A DNA stretch of 37,144 nt, from positions 1 through 37,144 of the IMG/VR virus record IMGVR_UViG_3300025150_000026; one strand, 5' to 3'. The notes below the pieces were generated by a model. The model was not told the DNA's origin. It searched no databases and was given only the letters and a program-made list of their open reading frames with translations. This stretch comes from a virus. Lineage: Duplodnaviria; Caudoviricetes. Of the stretch, positions 18,273 to 27,384 are shown one piece after another. A program made the position numbers and the translations under genes. Numbering within the stretch: the first letter of the stretch is position 1; every line of letters starts with the position of its first letter.

Positions 18273-18281
18273 GGTCTCCCT

Positions 18282-18860
18282 GTGACTGACGTTTCTCCCC
18301 TCCCGCTGGTCTTGGCCCCCGAGCAGGTGCTCTACACCCGCTGCCCGGCCATCACCGAACTCGACGATGACCTCATCCTGCTTGCCCAGCGGATGGTCGC
18401 CACCATGTACCTGAACCACGGCATCGGTCTCGCTGCCCCCCAGGTGGGTCGCAGCGTCCGGCTCATCGTCGTGGACTGCACGCCCGAGCGGCTGAGCCCA
18501 ATGGTTGCCTTCAACCCGACCATCCTCTGGCGGCAGGGGCAGATCGTCATGGAGGAGGGGTGCCTCTCGTTCCCCGGGGAGACCTTCCAGGTGAAGCGGG
18601 CGGCTCGCATCGGGGTGGCGTTCATGGGGCTCGACGGGAAACACCATCAGGGGACGGCCGAGGGGCTCTGGGCCGTGTGCATCCAGCACGAGATCGACCA
18701 TCTGGATGGGGTCACCTTCGACCAGCGGGCGAAGGGGCAGCGAGTCGCCGGCGTCGAGCCTGGCGGCGGTCACGACAGCTTCCACGTCTTGAACAACCTC
18801 TCCGTTTCCTCCTCACGGGCAGCAGCGGCTATCTGTCGCTGTAGGGCACCGGACTCATAG
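18282..18860 (+). CDS. def: Peptide deformylase
   Basis: GIGLAAPQVG, EGCLS and QHEIDHLDG motifs. Confidence 0.92.
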   Translation: MTDVSPLPLVLAPEQVLYTRCPAITELDDDLILLAQRMVATMYLNHGIGLAAPQVGRSVRLIVVDCTPERLSPMVAFNPTILWRQGQIVMEEGCLSFPGETFQVKRAARIGVAFMGLDGKHHQGTAEGLWAVCIQHEIDHLDGVTFDQRAKGQRVAGVEPGGGHDSFHVLNNLSVSSSRAAAAICRCRAPDS

Positions 18861-18976
18861 CAGGCGTTGTAGGTTCCCGGCCCCATGTCTCCGTGAGGAC
18901 GGTATCTCCCCGTGTACCCGTGCCGGTCGAACTCGAAGTGGTATTGGCCGAGGTTCTGCCAGGCGGAGGATTCCAT
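18770..18976 (-). CDS. Small hypothetical protein
   Basis: MESSAWQ..., SD GGAGG; part of a translationally coupled minus-strand run. Confidence 0.45.
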   Translation of the reverse strand: MESSAWQNLGQYHFEFDRHGYTGRYRPHGDMGPGTYNACYESGALQRQIAAAAREEETERLFKTWKLS

Positions 18977-19173
18977 CACCCCCTCCGTGCCCGAAGGATG
19001 GCCCACAGGCCGAACGGGCAGGCGAAGATCCCAGCGATGACCAGGGTGATGAGGCCGCCGTCCGTGGCCTCCCGATGGATGGAGAGCCCGATACCCCCGG
19101 CGATCCACAGGAAGCCGCCAAGGAACAGCGCCCAGCGAGCGAGGCGGGACTCGAACTTCTGCACCGAGTCCAT
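18976..19173 (-). CDS. Small membrane protein (2 TM)
   Basis: MDSVQKFE...WALFLGGFLWIAGGIGL...LITLVIAGIFACPFGLWAIL. Confidence 0.6.
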   Translation of the reverse strand: MDSVQKFESRLARWALFLGGFLWIAGGIGLSIHREATDGGLITLVIAGIFACPFGLWAILRARRG

Positions 19174-19391
19174 CACGCCACCGCCTGGGGCGTCGCCCAC
19201 ACCTCGAAGTTCCAGTAGCGGTCCGGTCGCCGGTCGATGAGCTTGCGCACGTCGTCCGGGCTCAACGGGTTCGGGCCGCTCTGGATCTCGTTGAACGCCT
19301 TGCAGAGGTCGAGGACCCGCTGGTCCGCCGAGCGCTGCATCCGCTTCTGGCCTTCGGCCGTCGTGTAGTCGAAGTTGGGGGTGGTCATCAT
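19173..19391 (-). CDS. Small hypothetical protein
   Basis: MMTTPNFDY..., SD GGAG; host-like codons. Confidence 0.55.
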   Translation of the reverse strand: MMTTPNFDYTTAEGQKRMQRSADQRVLDLCKAFNEIQSGPNPLSPDDVRKLIDRRPDRYWNFEVWATPQAVA

Positions 19392-19402
19392 CGTCTCCCA
19401 TC

Positions 19403-19738
19403 TCAGGTGTTCTCGTTGCGGAGGTTGCCTTCCGAGTCGCAGGTGAGGGCGAAGACCCGCATCGGCCCCATGTAGGGGTTGGCCTCGGTGGGGCCGTCGT
19501 CGCCCACGATCTTGTTGAAAGCCTCCCGGCAGTCGGCCTCCCCGTCGAACAGGATGATGGCCTCCCCGTCCATTCCCAGAATCGTGGCTTCGTCCCTGGG
19601 CAGGAGGGTGGCTTTTTCGACCTCCCCGAACCAGTCCCACTCCTTCCACTGAGGGGGGCATGTCTCAAGGTAGAGCCCCCACTTGCCCGTGCTCTTGCAC
19701 AGGAGGGCGAAGGCATCGGTGATCCTCATGGCGGTCAT
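19403..19738 (-). CDS. Hypothetical protein
   Basis: MTAMRITDAF..., SD AAGGAG, ATGA overlap with upstream gene. Confidence 0.6.
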   Translation of the reverse strand: MTAMRITDAFALLCKSTGKWGLYLETCPPQWKEWDWFGEVEKATLLPRDEATILGMDGEAIILFDGEADCREAFNKIVGDDGPTEANPYMGPMRVFALTCDSEGNLRNENT

Positions 19739-19869
19739 GCTCCTTTCGAGCGCATCCAGGCGTGGATGGCCAGCGCAATCACCGACCCGCCCGGGATCAG
19801 GAGCATCAGGACCGTCACAGCGACCGGGAACCATTTGCTCTGTGTCAGGGCGACCAGCTTGGCGTTCAT
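19735..19869 (-). CDS. 44-aa membrane peptide (below ORF-track cutoff)
   Basis: MNAKLVALTQSKWFPVAVTVLMLLIPGGSVIALAIHAWMRSKGA*, SD GGAGG, ATGA coupling. Confidence 0.55.
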   Translation of the reverse strand: MNAKLVALTQSKWFPVAVTVLMLLIPGGSVIALAIHAWMRSKGA

Positions 19870-19910
19870 CGCTACCCTCCATGCTCACCCCATCAACCCA
19901 TGGGTCCCTG

Positions 19911-19940
19911 GGACTAAAAGTGAACCTGGCGTTTTAGTCC
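19911..19940. repeat. Perfect 9-bp inverted repeat in divergent intergenic region (candidate operator)
   Basis: GGACTAAAA-N12-TTTTAGTCC. Confidence 0.6.
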
Positions 19941-19981
19941 GGGCGAGTCGCCGGTTGATGAGGTGAAGACGGAGGAACAGG

Positions 19982-20347
19982 ATGAACGCCCAGTACAACG
20001 ACACGACCGAGCATCCCGACTTCGTGCCCCGCAACCAGCGGGTCATGTGGCGCAAGCCGAGCGGGTCCCAGCACTGGACCAACCTCTACACGCCCTCGGA
20101 CGCCTCCAAGGCGTGGGACGGGGCCGAGTGGGCCACGGCCGCTATCGGCATCCGCAACATCCACGATCCCCAGAAGGCCGCCTTCGCCTACGTGGACCTT
20201 CGGGTCACCGGGCGAAAGGAGCGCCTGGTCCCGGGCACCGGAGGCATCAGCGGGTGGTGCTTCGGCATGAAGGCCAAAATCACCTTCGACAAGGGCACCG
20301 ATGACGAGGCCACCATCGACTGCTGGGTGGTCGGGAGTGCCGACTGA
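19982..20347 (+). CDS. Hypothetical protein
   Basis: SD GGAGG; host-like codons. Confidence 0.65.
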   Translation: MNAQYNDTTEHPDFVPRNQRVMWRKPSGSQHWTNLYTPSDASKAWDGAEWATAAIGIRNIHDPQKAAFAYVDLRVTGRKERLVPGTGGISGWCFGMKAKITFDKGTDDEATIDCWVVGSAD

Positions 20348-20538
20348 TGCCCTACCAACCACCCAAGCGCCACACGCCCGAGGAGCTTCGGGCGGCCCTC
20401 ATCGCCGACCTCGAAGCCGACCTGGCCTTCTCCAAGACCAACGACCCGGACACCGCCGAGTGGGTCGAGTACCAGGCGAAGATCGAGGCCGACCTCGCCA
20501 ACCTGCGGGCCGGTGGAGCAGACGACCGCCTCGGGTAA
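20347..20538 (+). CDS. Small hypothetical protein
   Basis: TGATG overlap; acidic helical ORF. Confidence 0.6.
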   Translation: MPYQPPKRHTPEELRAALIADLEADLAFSKTNDPDTAEWVEYQAKIEADLANLRAGGADDRLG

Positions 20539-20546
20539 AGGAGGTC

Positions 20547-21146
20547 GTGGACCTCGACCCCCGGACACAATCCCGCCTCGACCGCATCAAAGCCGAGGTG
20601 GACATCCTCTCCCTCCTTGAGGGGTTCGGGTTCCACGTCCGGGGCGACATGGACCGGGAGCAGCAGTTCCCGTGCAAGCTCCACGGGGACGGCTCCGACA
20701 TGAAGCCCTCGGCCCGTGTCTACCCGGAGACCCATTCTTGGTACTGCTGGGGCTGTCAGAAGTCCCGGGACGCCGTCTCCACCGTCCGTGAGGCCATGAA
20801 CCTCGGGTTCATCGAGGCCATCAAGTGGTTGGAGGACCGGCACAACCTCCCCGCCCTCCCCTACGTCCCGGTGGAGCGACCCAAGGGAGCCGACCAGGTG
20901 GTCGCCGAGGCCCTCCTGCGGCCGGACAAGAGCTTCGAGGACGACGCCAAACGGGTTCACACGCTGCTCGACGCCCTCACCGAGGAGCGGGACCTCCCCC
21001 TCGAACGGGCGACGGCCTTCTGGGATGCCCATGACCGGATCGTCTACATGGTCACCGGCAAGGGGCAGCATTTGCCAGAGGCCAAGGGCCGGGTAGGGTT
21101 GGAGCGGATTCGTACCCGCATTCTCGAAGAGGTCAGGGGCGATTGA
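20547..21146 (+). CDS. Stand-alone CHC2 (DnaG-type) zinc-finger protein
   Basis: IKAEVDI...CKLHGD...KPSARVY...WYCWGC...GFIEAIKWL; no TOPRIM motifs. Confidence 0.8.
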   Translation: MDLDPRTQSRLDRIKAEVDILSLLEGFGFHVRGDMDREQQFPCKLHGDGSDMKPSARVYPETHSWYCWGCQKSRDAVSTVREAMNLGFIEAIKWLEDRHNLPALPYVPVERPKGADQVVAEALLRPDKSFEDDAKRVHTLLDALTEERDLPLERATAFWDAHDRIVYMVTGKGQHLPEAKGRVGLERIRTRILEEVRGD

Positions 21147-21586
21147 TCGAAGAAGGCATCCAGCGCTTCAGCGTCACGACCCCCCGGGGGGAGGAGTTCA
21201 AGATCCTCCGTCCAACCCCAGTCGGTGACGACCCGTGGGGCATTCTTGCACCCCTGCGGGAGTTGGAGATCGGTGGGCTCATCCCCATCGTGCCTGGGGA
21301 GACCATGAGCCACGCCTTGCACGGGAACCACCTCCCCCTGCTCCGGGTCCTTGGGAGGCCACCGCACGCCCAGTTGAAACAGATCAAGGCCGACATGACG
21401 TGTCGCCTGATCAAGACGTGCATCACGGCCGACCGGGCCATCTGTTTCCCGTGCCAGAAGATGCCCCACTGCTACGAGCCTCCCGGCTACAACTTCGAGG
21501 AGGGACGGGTGGTCGAAACCGTGCTCCGGGCCTGGGTGGACGGCAGGTACGTGGTGGTCGTCGAGGGGCCGGAGTTCTCCTTCTGA
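21143..21586 (+). CDS. Hypothetical protein (Cys-containing)
   Basis: TTGA overlap; fills the gap before the polymerase. Confidence 0.6.
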   Translation: MIEEGIQRFSVTTPRGEEFKILRPTPVGDDPWGILAPLRELEIGGLIPIVPGETMSHALHGNHLPLLRVLGRPPHAQLKQIKADMTCRLIKTCITADRAICFPCQKMPHCYEPPGYNFEEGRVVETVLRAWVDGRYVVVVEGPEFSF

Positions 21587-21621
21587 GTGGGTAGAGGTAA
21601 CGACAGGCTGGAGGCTTGTTG

Positions 21622-24486
21622 ATGGATTTTCTCGACTTCGTTGAGGACGCTCGGACGGTCAAGGTGCCCAAGTTTCCGTGGATGGACGAGTGCAAGTTCG
21701 TCCTGGGCACGGAGGCCAACCTCACGGAGATCATCGATCACTGCCTCCAGCACCCCCGGGTGGCTCTCGACCTGGAGACCAGCGGCCTCGACAACCGGGT
21801 CTTCGACGGCAAGACCCGAGATCACATCGTCGGGGCCTGCCTCTCTCCAGACGGCAAGACCGGCTACTACATCCCCATCAGGCACAAGGTCGGCAAAGAG
21901 CACAACGTCTCCTGGTCCCTGTTCGTGCGGGAGTTCAGGCGGCTCGAAATGGCCTGCCTGGACGGCAAGCTGACGTTCATCTTCCATGGGGGGACCTTCG
22001 ACCAGGAGTTCCTCGTCTTCAACGGCAGCGCACCCCTCGGTGAGGAGTGCTGGGACCGGGCCTCATGCTGGGACGACACGGAGATCGAGGTCTACATGCT
22101 CGACTCCCGGCGGAAGGACAAACGCCTCAAGTCCCTCTCCATGGAGGAGTTGGGCATCCGCCAGTTGGAGCTTTCCGACCTTTGGTCGGAGGAGGAACGG
22201 AAAGAGCCAGGCTGGAGGCCGGACTTCTCGACCCTCGACCCGACGTGGGAGGGGACCCTCCTGTACGGCGGCGGCGACGGGATCTCCACCTGGAGGCTGG
22301 ACGAGAAGTTCCACAAGCAGGTGGTGAACCCGGATAAGTTCGGCCACAACCTCAAGAGCATCTATGCCATCGAGAAGTCCTGCGTGGCCTCCACCCGCTG
22401 GATGCGACGGAACCGCCTCAAGATCGACCGGGAGAAGGTCATCGAACTGGTCAAGCTCGGCCAGCGGGAGTGGTTCGACTCGGTCATGGAGGTCTACAAA
22501 GCGGCTGAGTCCATCCTTGGCCGTGATGTGATGCCGGGCTACTACAAGTGGCTCAAGGACACCTTCGTCCCCGACGACCCGAACAACCTCAAGGAAGAGC
22601 AGTTGGAACGGGCCAAGTCGGTGTACCGGACCAAGTACCCTGACCCGGCCGAGAACGTCCAGAAGGTCGTCGGGAAGGCCATCTTAGATTTCCCCTACGT
22701 CTATGACGTGAACAGCGCCCAGCAGTTGGGAAAGCTGTTCCAAGAGATGGGTGTCCCAGGGCTGCGGTTCACGGAGAAGTCCGGCCAGGTGATGACGGCC
22801 AAGGACGAGATCGACCGCATCGTGGAGGAGACGGGGGACCGTTTCCCGTTCATGCTCAAGGTCAAGCGGTTCCGAGAGGTGGACAAGGCCCTCTCGAACT
22901 ACCTGCTCCCGATGCTCAACGAGTCCGAGCCCTCGGACAACACGGCCGCCATCAAGTGGCGAGCCCACAAGATCGACACGGGGCGGTTCTCCACCCCTGC
23001 GAAGGACAAGAACTTCATCCGGGGCTGGCCCCAGATGAACCTCCAGAGCCTCCCGGCGACCTACGACCCAAAACGGCCTGAGTGCATGACCCGGCTGCGG
23101 GAGTGTGTGGTGGGCCGGGATGGCAAGTTCGTCGTGGCCATCGACTTCTCCGGTGTCGAGCTTCGGTTGGTCACCAACCTCAGCCGGGAGCCCAAGTGGT
23201 TCGAGGAGTTCTTCCACTGCTCGACCTGCGACCGGAAGTTCAGCAAGGGAGACGGCACCTGCACCCCCGATCCCCCACCGCCCCGGTGTCCCAACTGCGG
23301 TTCGGACAAGATCGGGGACATCCACACGCTGACCGGCATCTCGGTCTACGGGGCCGATGCCCTGGACAAGCCGGAGTGGAAGCAGCTTCGCCAGCGGGCC
23401 AAGGGGGCCAACTTCGCCCTGAGCTACGGCGGGGGCGGTTCCGCCGTGTCCCGTTCAACTGGGTGCGACAAGAACGAAGGCTGGCGGATCAAGCGTTTGT
23501 TCGACGAGTCCTACCGGGTGTTGCGGTCCTGGTGGGGAGCCCAGCACGCCTTCGCCCGGCAGCGAGGCTACGTCCTCACGGCCTTCGGCCGGAAGTACCC
23601 GGTCCCCGACATCCTTCACGCCGACGGGGGCTTCCGAAGCAAAGCCGAGCGCAACAGCGTGAACGGCCCCATCCAGGGGTCCTCGGCGGACATCACCAAG
23701 CTGGCGATGGCGCTGATCTACAAGGAGGTCAAGAAGCGGGGCTGGCTCAGCAAGTGCCTCATGGTCATCACGATGCACGACGAGTTGGTCTTCGAGATCG
23801 ACGGGGACATTCTCGAAGAAGCCATCGAGATCATCATGAACATCATGTGCCGGAACCAGTTCATCCTGGCACAGAAGTGGCCCGTTCCTCTTACTTCCGA
23901 CGTGGAGATCGGATACGATTGGTCCGTCCCTTGGAACCTCGACGCCATGAGGGCGGGCGAAGTCCGGTTTCACGGCAACAAAAAGGTCAAAAACAAGGAC
24001 AAGGCGGAGGCGATGGGCCTCGACTGGGACACCCTCCCGACGTTTCCCGATGTCCTGGCTCCTCTGTTCCAGCGCAAGACCCTGGCGGACCCGCCCCCGA
24101 AGACCTCCAGCACGGAGAGCCCTCCGCCCGGCAGCCCTCCCCCGGCCGGTCCTCCGCCATCAGAGGAGCCCCTGTCCGAGTCCAGCGAGCCAGAAGAACC
24201 CCCGGTTTCGCCGGAGGCGGTAGCGGCCCGGCCTCGACCTCCCAAGCTCCGAGCCGGGGAGGTCTGCGAATACCGGCTCTCGGTGCCCCTGCATCACAGG
24301 CTGGTGTTCACGGTAGCTGACGTGATCCGCATGTGCTCGAAGGGGGGCACGAAAACGCTGCGGCTCATCAGCAGGAATGGGGTGGTGCTCAACGATCTCC
24401 CCGAGTGGAAGGACTGGGTAGGAGATGAACCCATCCTGGTGAACGAGACCCAGTTTTGGCACCTCGCCCAAGCACATGGTCTCTGA
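21622..24486 (+). CDS. polA: Family A DNA polymerase with 3'-5' exonuclease domain
   Basis: DLETSG (ExoI), TGRFS, NLQS, DFSGVELR (A), RQRAKGANFALSYG (B), NGPIQGSSAD, MHDEL (C); ATG 21622 after GGAGG. Confidence 0.95.
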   Translation: MDFLDFVEDARTVKVPKFPWMDECKFVLGTEANLTEIIDHCLQHPRVALDLETSGLDNRVFDGKTRDHIVGACLSPDGKTGYYIPIRHKVGKEHNVSWSLFVREFRRLEMACLDGKLTFIFHGGTFDQEFLVFNGSAPLGEECWDRASCWDDTEIEVYMLDSRRKDKRLKSLSMEELGIRQLELSDLWSEEERKEPGWRPDFSTLDPTWEGTLLYGGGDGISTWRLDEKFHKQVVNPDKFGHNLKSIYAIEKSCVASTRWMRRNRLKIDREKVIELVKLGQREWFDSVMEVYKAAESILGRDVMPGYYKWLKDTFVPDDPNNLKEEQLERAKSVYRTKYPDPAENVQKVVGKAILDFPYVYDVNSAQQLGKLFQEMGVPGLRFTEKSGQVMTAKDEIDRIVEETGDRFPFMLKVKRFREVDKALSNYLLPMLNESEPSDNTAAIKWRAHKIDTGRFSTPAKDKNFIRGWPQMNLQSLPATYDPKRPECMTRLRECVVGRDGKFVVAIDFSGVELRLVTNLSREPKWFEEFFHCSTCDRKFSKGDGTCTPDPPPPRCPNCGSDKIGDIHTLTGISVYGADALDKPEWKQLRQRAKGANFALSYGGGGSAVSRSTGCDKNEGWRIKRLFDESYRVLRSWWGAQHAFARQRGYVLTAFGRKYPVPDILHADGGFRSKAERNSVNGPIQGSSADITKLAMALIYKEVKKRGWLSKCLMVITMHDELVFEIDGDILEEAIEIIMNIMCRNQFILAQKWPVPLTSDVEIGYDWSVPWNLDAMRAGEVRFHGNKKVKNKDKAEAMGLDWDTLPTFPDVLAPLFQRKTLADPPPKTSSTESPPPGSPPPAGPPPSEEPLSESSEPEEPPVSPEAVAARPRPPKLRAGEVCEYRLSVPLHHRLVFTVADVIRMCSKGGTKTLRLISRNGVVLNDLPEWKDWVGDEPILVNETQFWHLAQAHGL

Positions 24487-24566
24487 TCTCGGTACTGTGC
24501 CGATGGGCAGCGCCCTATTGTAGGGGGCTTGGTTGACCCCCCCCAGGCGGACAGGAGCCGAGAACG

Positions 24567-24992
24567 ATGATGAGACCCATCCGGGTAACCGGCGACGACG
24601 GCAAGGAGACCACCTTCGCCTGCATCCACTGGCGGAACTTCCCGACCAAGTTCGCCAGCGTGACAGAGGACCCGGAGTCCCTGCGTGCTCGCAAGGTCAT
24701 GTCCGACACGGAGTACCAGCGCCATCAGGTCTGGCAACGGGAGTGCGGGATCCTGAAGATGGACGAGAGCAAGTGCCTTCAGTGCCCTCACGTCCGTCGC
24801 CTGGAGATCGTGCCCCACCAGGTCCCCAAGCTCGTCACGCTCGACGGCAAGGAGTGGACTCCGGCCATCGACATGGCATCCTCTGGGGCTCTGGCGGCGT
24901 TCCGGCGGCAGAACATGCCTGCCTCGGCCCGGAACGAGGCCATCCAGGCTCGGGCGGCCGGACACAGCCCCGAGCCCACCAAGAAGGGGTAA
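24567..24992 (+). CDS. Hypothetical protein
   Basis: SD AGGAG; host-like codons. Confidence 0.65.
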   Translation: MMRPIRVTGDDGKETTFACIHWRNFPTKFASVTEDPESLRARKVMSDTEYQRHQVWQRECGILKMDESKCLQCPHVRRLEIVPHQVPKLVTLDGKEWTPAIDMASSGALAAFRRQNMPASARNEAIQARAAGHSPEPTKKG

Positions 24993-24996
24993 CCCC

Positions 24997-25725
24997 GTGC
25001 AGGACTACCTCCAAGACTGCATGGAGGACTTCAGGAGGAAAGCCAGCCTCACCACGGCCGTTTCCCCCTCCGAGTTCAAGGAGCTTTGGTGTTCGAAGTG
25101 CCAGCAGGCGTGCGTGAATGCCCGTTTCGGCGACCCGTTCGTCAACCGCATCGCCTCCCAGTTTGACCGGCTGACCCGACCCAACCAAGCGGACCCCCAC
25201 CAGCCCAAGTACGCCAGCATCGTCGCCAGGGAGTGGGCCGACATGACCCGAGAGGCCCTCAAGCTGGAGGTGGCCGACCGGCGGGGCGACTGGGAGGTCC
25301 CCGAAATCGACATCACCGACGGGACACCGCAGGTGGCGACCCGTGGTGGCACCTCAGTCGTGGACCAGGCCGTCCGCAACCTGGCCCAGGCCCAGGGAAG
25401 GAAAGCCCCGGAACTACCAGAGGTCCCCTCGGACGATGAGGAATTCTCCAGGGATGCTGCGGCTTTGCTCGAAGAGAAAAAGCCTGAGCCGGTGCCACCC
25501 AGGCCCCCAGCGCCCCAGCACTCCAAGAAGAATCCGAGCTTCCGCCCTTCCCAGAGGGGGAACGCCCCGGCCCAAGAGGGTATGTTGGACGGAAGTCCCA
25601 TCCCGAACCAGGAGCCAGAAGACCCCTGGGCAGCCCCACCCAGCACAACGGAAGTGCGGCGGAAAGTTCAGCCAGGGGCGGTCATCAAGTTCGGGGCCGG
25701 AGGAGAGATCGCTGATGACGGATGA
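24997..25725 (+). CDS. Hypothetical protein (N-terminal Cys cluster, Pro-rich C-terminus)
   Basis: ORF in operon context. Confidence 0.65.
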   Translation: MQDYLQDCMEDFRRKASLTTAVSPSEFKELWCSKCQQACVNARFGDPFVNRIASQFDRLTRPNQADPHQPKYASIVAREWADMTREALKLEVADRRGDWEVPEIDITDGTPQVATRGGTSVVDQAVRNLAQAQGRKAPELPEVPSDDEEFSRDAAALLEEKKPEPVPPRPPAPQHSKKNPSFRPSQRGNAPAQEGMLDGSPIPNQEPEDPWAAPPSTTEVRRKVQPGAVIKFGAGGEIADDG

Positions 25726-26791
25726 GATGCAGTTCGAGCCCCCGGTCGCCTCCGGGCTCTCCACGCTCCTCGACCGGATGGCCAAGGAGGTCCCAGAGCT
25801 TCGGGCGGTCATGGACGGGGCCAAGCGGGGCGAGATCTCCGAGCAGGACGCCATGGCCGAGATGCTCCGGCTTGTTCAAGAGAAGCCAGAGCTTTCCGTC
25901 AAGATGATGGAGTTGGCAGCCACGGCGTTCCAACCCGCCCGTGAAGCCCCGATGGTCCCCCAGGTGCCGCCCGACCTCAAGGAGATCGGCGACGAGGCAT
26001 TCTTCACCGGCGTGGGGCTCCCACAGATGAACCCGCTGGTCGAGGCCGCCATCGCCGAGCGGCTCCAGTTTGACGGCGACATCCCCGAGCTTCGGCATGG
26101 CCCGTTGCCCCCGGGGGCGACTCCAGCCTTGGCGGTGAAGACGAACGCCAAGAGCCCTGTCGCCATCGGAGAGATGATGAGCAGGGCATCGGCACGGGTG
26201 GCCAAGGCCCTCAAGGAGGCGGAAACCCGGAAGAACGAGGCCCTCGAACGGATCGCCGAGTCCCAGGCCCTCACCAAGGTGGAGGACGGTGGGACCGCCC
26301 TCACCCAGATGGCGTGGGGGTCTGCCGAGACCGACCTGGCCGAGTACCGCAGGGGTGAGGTTCCTGCCCCGGTGGCTGTCCGAAGGCCAACAGGCAAGAA
26401 GATGGGCCTGATGACCAAGGAGCAGCAGCAGGAGCACGCCTGGCGGTTCCTCTCGACCACCCAGGGGCGACGGACGGCTATGGAGACCTTGCGGTCCATC
26501 ATCTTCGACCACCTGACCGCAGCAGGGATCGATGTCCGTTTGCGGGAGTACAACCCCAGCGTGAGGAAAGCCCCCCTGGCTTTCCACCAGTGGGACGTGA
26601 ACCTCACCGGCCGGGGCTCGGTCCAGCCTGCCTTCAACGTCATCGACACGGCCGGGAAAGCCATCGCAGTGGCGCTCGAACGCCGGGCCAAGATGGAGGA
26701 GGAGCTTCCCAACCCCCTGTTCTTGGAGGTCATTCCCGTGAACACGGTGGATGTTCGGGCCGTGGGTTGGGCGGCTCGTTTAGTCCCCTGA
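25715..26791 (+). CDS. Hypothetical protein
   Basis: ATG 25715 after GGAGGAG within ORF 25343..26791; host-like codons. Confidence 0.7.
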   Translation: MTDEMQFEPPVASGLSTLLDRMAKEVPELRAVMDGAKRGEISEQDAMAEMLRLVQEKPELSVKMMELAATAFQPAREAPMVPQVPPDLKEIGDEAFFTGVGLPQMNPLVEAAIAERLQFDGDIPELRHGPLPPGATPALAVKTNAKSPVAIGEMMSRASARVAKALKEAETRKNEALERIAESQALTKVEDGGTALTQMAWGSAETDLAEYRRGEVPAPVAVRRPTGKKMGLMTKEQQQEHAWRFLSTTQGRRTAMETLRSIIFDHLTAAGIDVRLREYNPSVRKAPLAFHQWDVNLTGRGSVQPAFNVIDTAGKAIAVALERRAKMEEELPNPLFLEVIPVNTVDVRAVGWAARLVP

Positions 26792-26821
26792 CCGGGTAGG
26801 TAGAGGGGCAAGGAGGCGTTC

Positions 26822-27139
26822 ATGAGCCAACACACTGCCCTGGACCTCATCGAGGCCATCAATCATGCCCGGTCTGCCAGGAAGTGGGTGGTCCTGGTGT
26901 GTCCGAACGACGACCAGTTGATGGAGGTCCGCCGGGGTCTGGCGGCGGCCCTCCAGCCGGAAGACCGTTTCTCCGGGCGGACGGCCACCCTGGATGGCGG
27001 CGGGACCATCTCCGCCGTGAGCCAAGAAGACGAGCCTTTCCAGCCTGATGGCCGAGCGATCTCGGTACGGTTCATGGGCGTATGGAAAACCACGACCGGG
27101 ATGGACAAGTGGCGCAAGGTGGCACAGGAAGTCCTCTGA
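26822..27139 (+). CDS. Hypothetical protein
   Basis: SD AAGGAGG. Confidence 0.65.
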   Translation: MSQHTALDLIEAINHARSARKWVVLVCPNDDQLMEVRRGLAAALQPEDRFSGRTATLDGGGTISAVSQEDEPFQPDGRAISVRFMGVWKTTTGMDKWRKVAQEVL

Positions 27140-27384
27140 CAGAGCACAAGCTCTGGACCTTTCTCATCCGAGGCGGAGAGCCCCTCGAACTTCTCATGCC
27201 CCGCACGCCCCGGCTGGAGCACAACGGGGGCACGACCATCTGGAAGATGGTCGGGACGGTTCGCATCGCCGAGTCGATCAAGCTCCTCGTCGAGGAGGCC
27301 GGGGCGTCCGTTGATCTTCACACCGAGGTTCAGACGGAAGAGCAGACCGCCGAGCGTCGGCGACTGCTGGGGATTGAGGACTGA
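27082..27384 (+). CDS. Hypothetical protein (start uncertain)
   Basis: Fills the gap; TGATG coupling to the next gene. Confidence 0.4.
   Translation: MENHDRDGQVAQGGTGSPLTEHKLWTFLIRGGEPLELLMPRTPRLEHNGGTTIWKMVGTVRIAESIKLLVEEAGASVDLHTEVQTEEQTAERRRLLGIED

Noticed and set aside
24503-24518. CCTAT upstream of gene 24567 as another promoter copy
   Set aside because: The CGGT box is not present at the 6-nt spacing.
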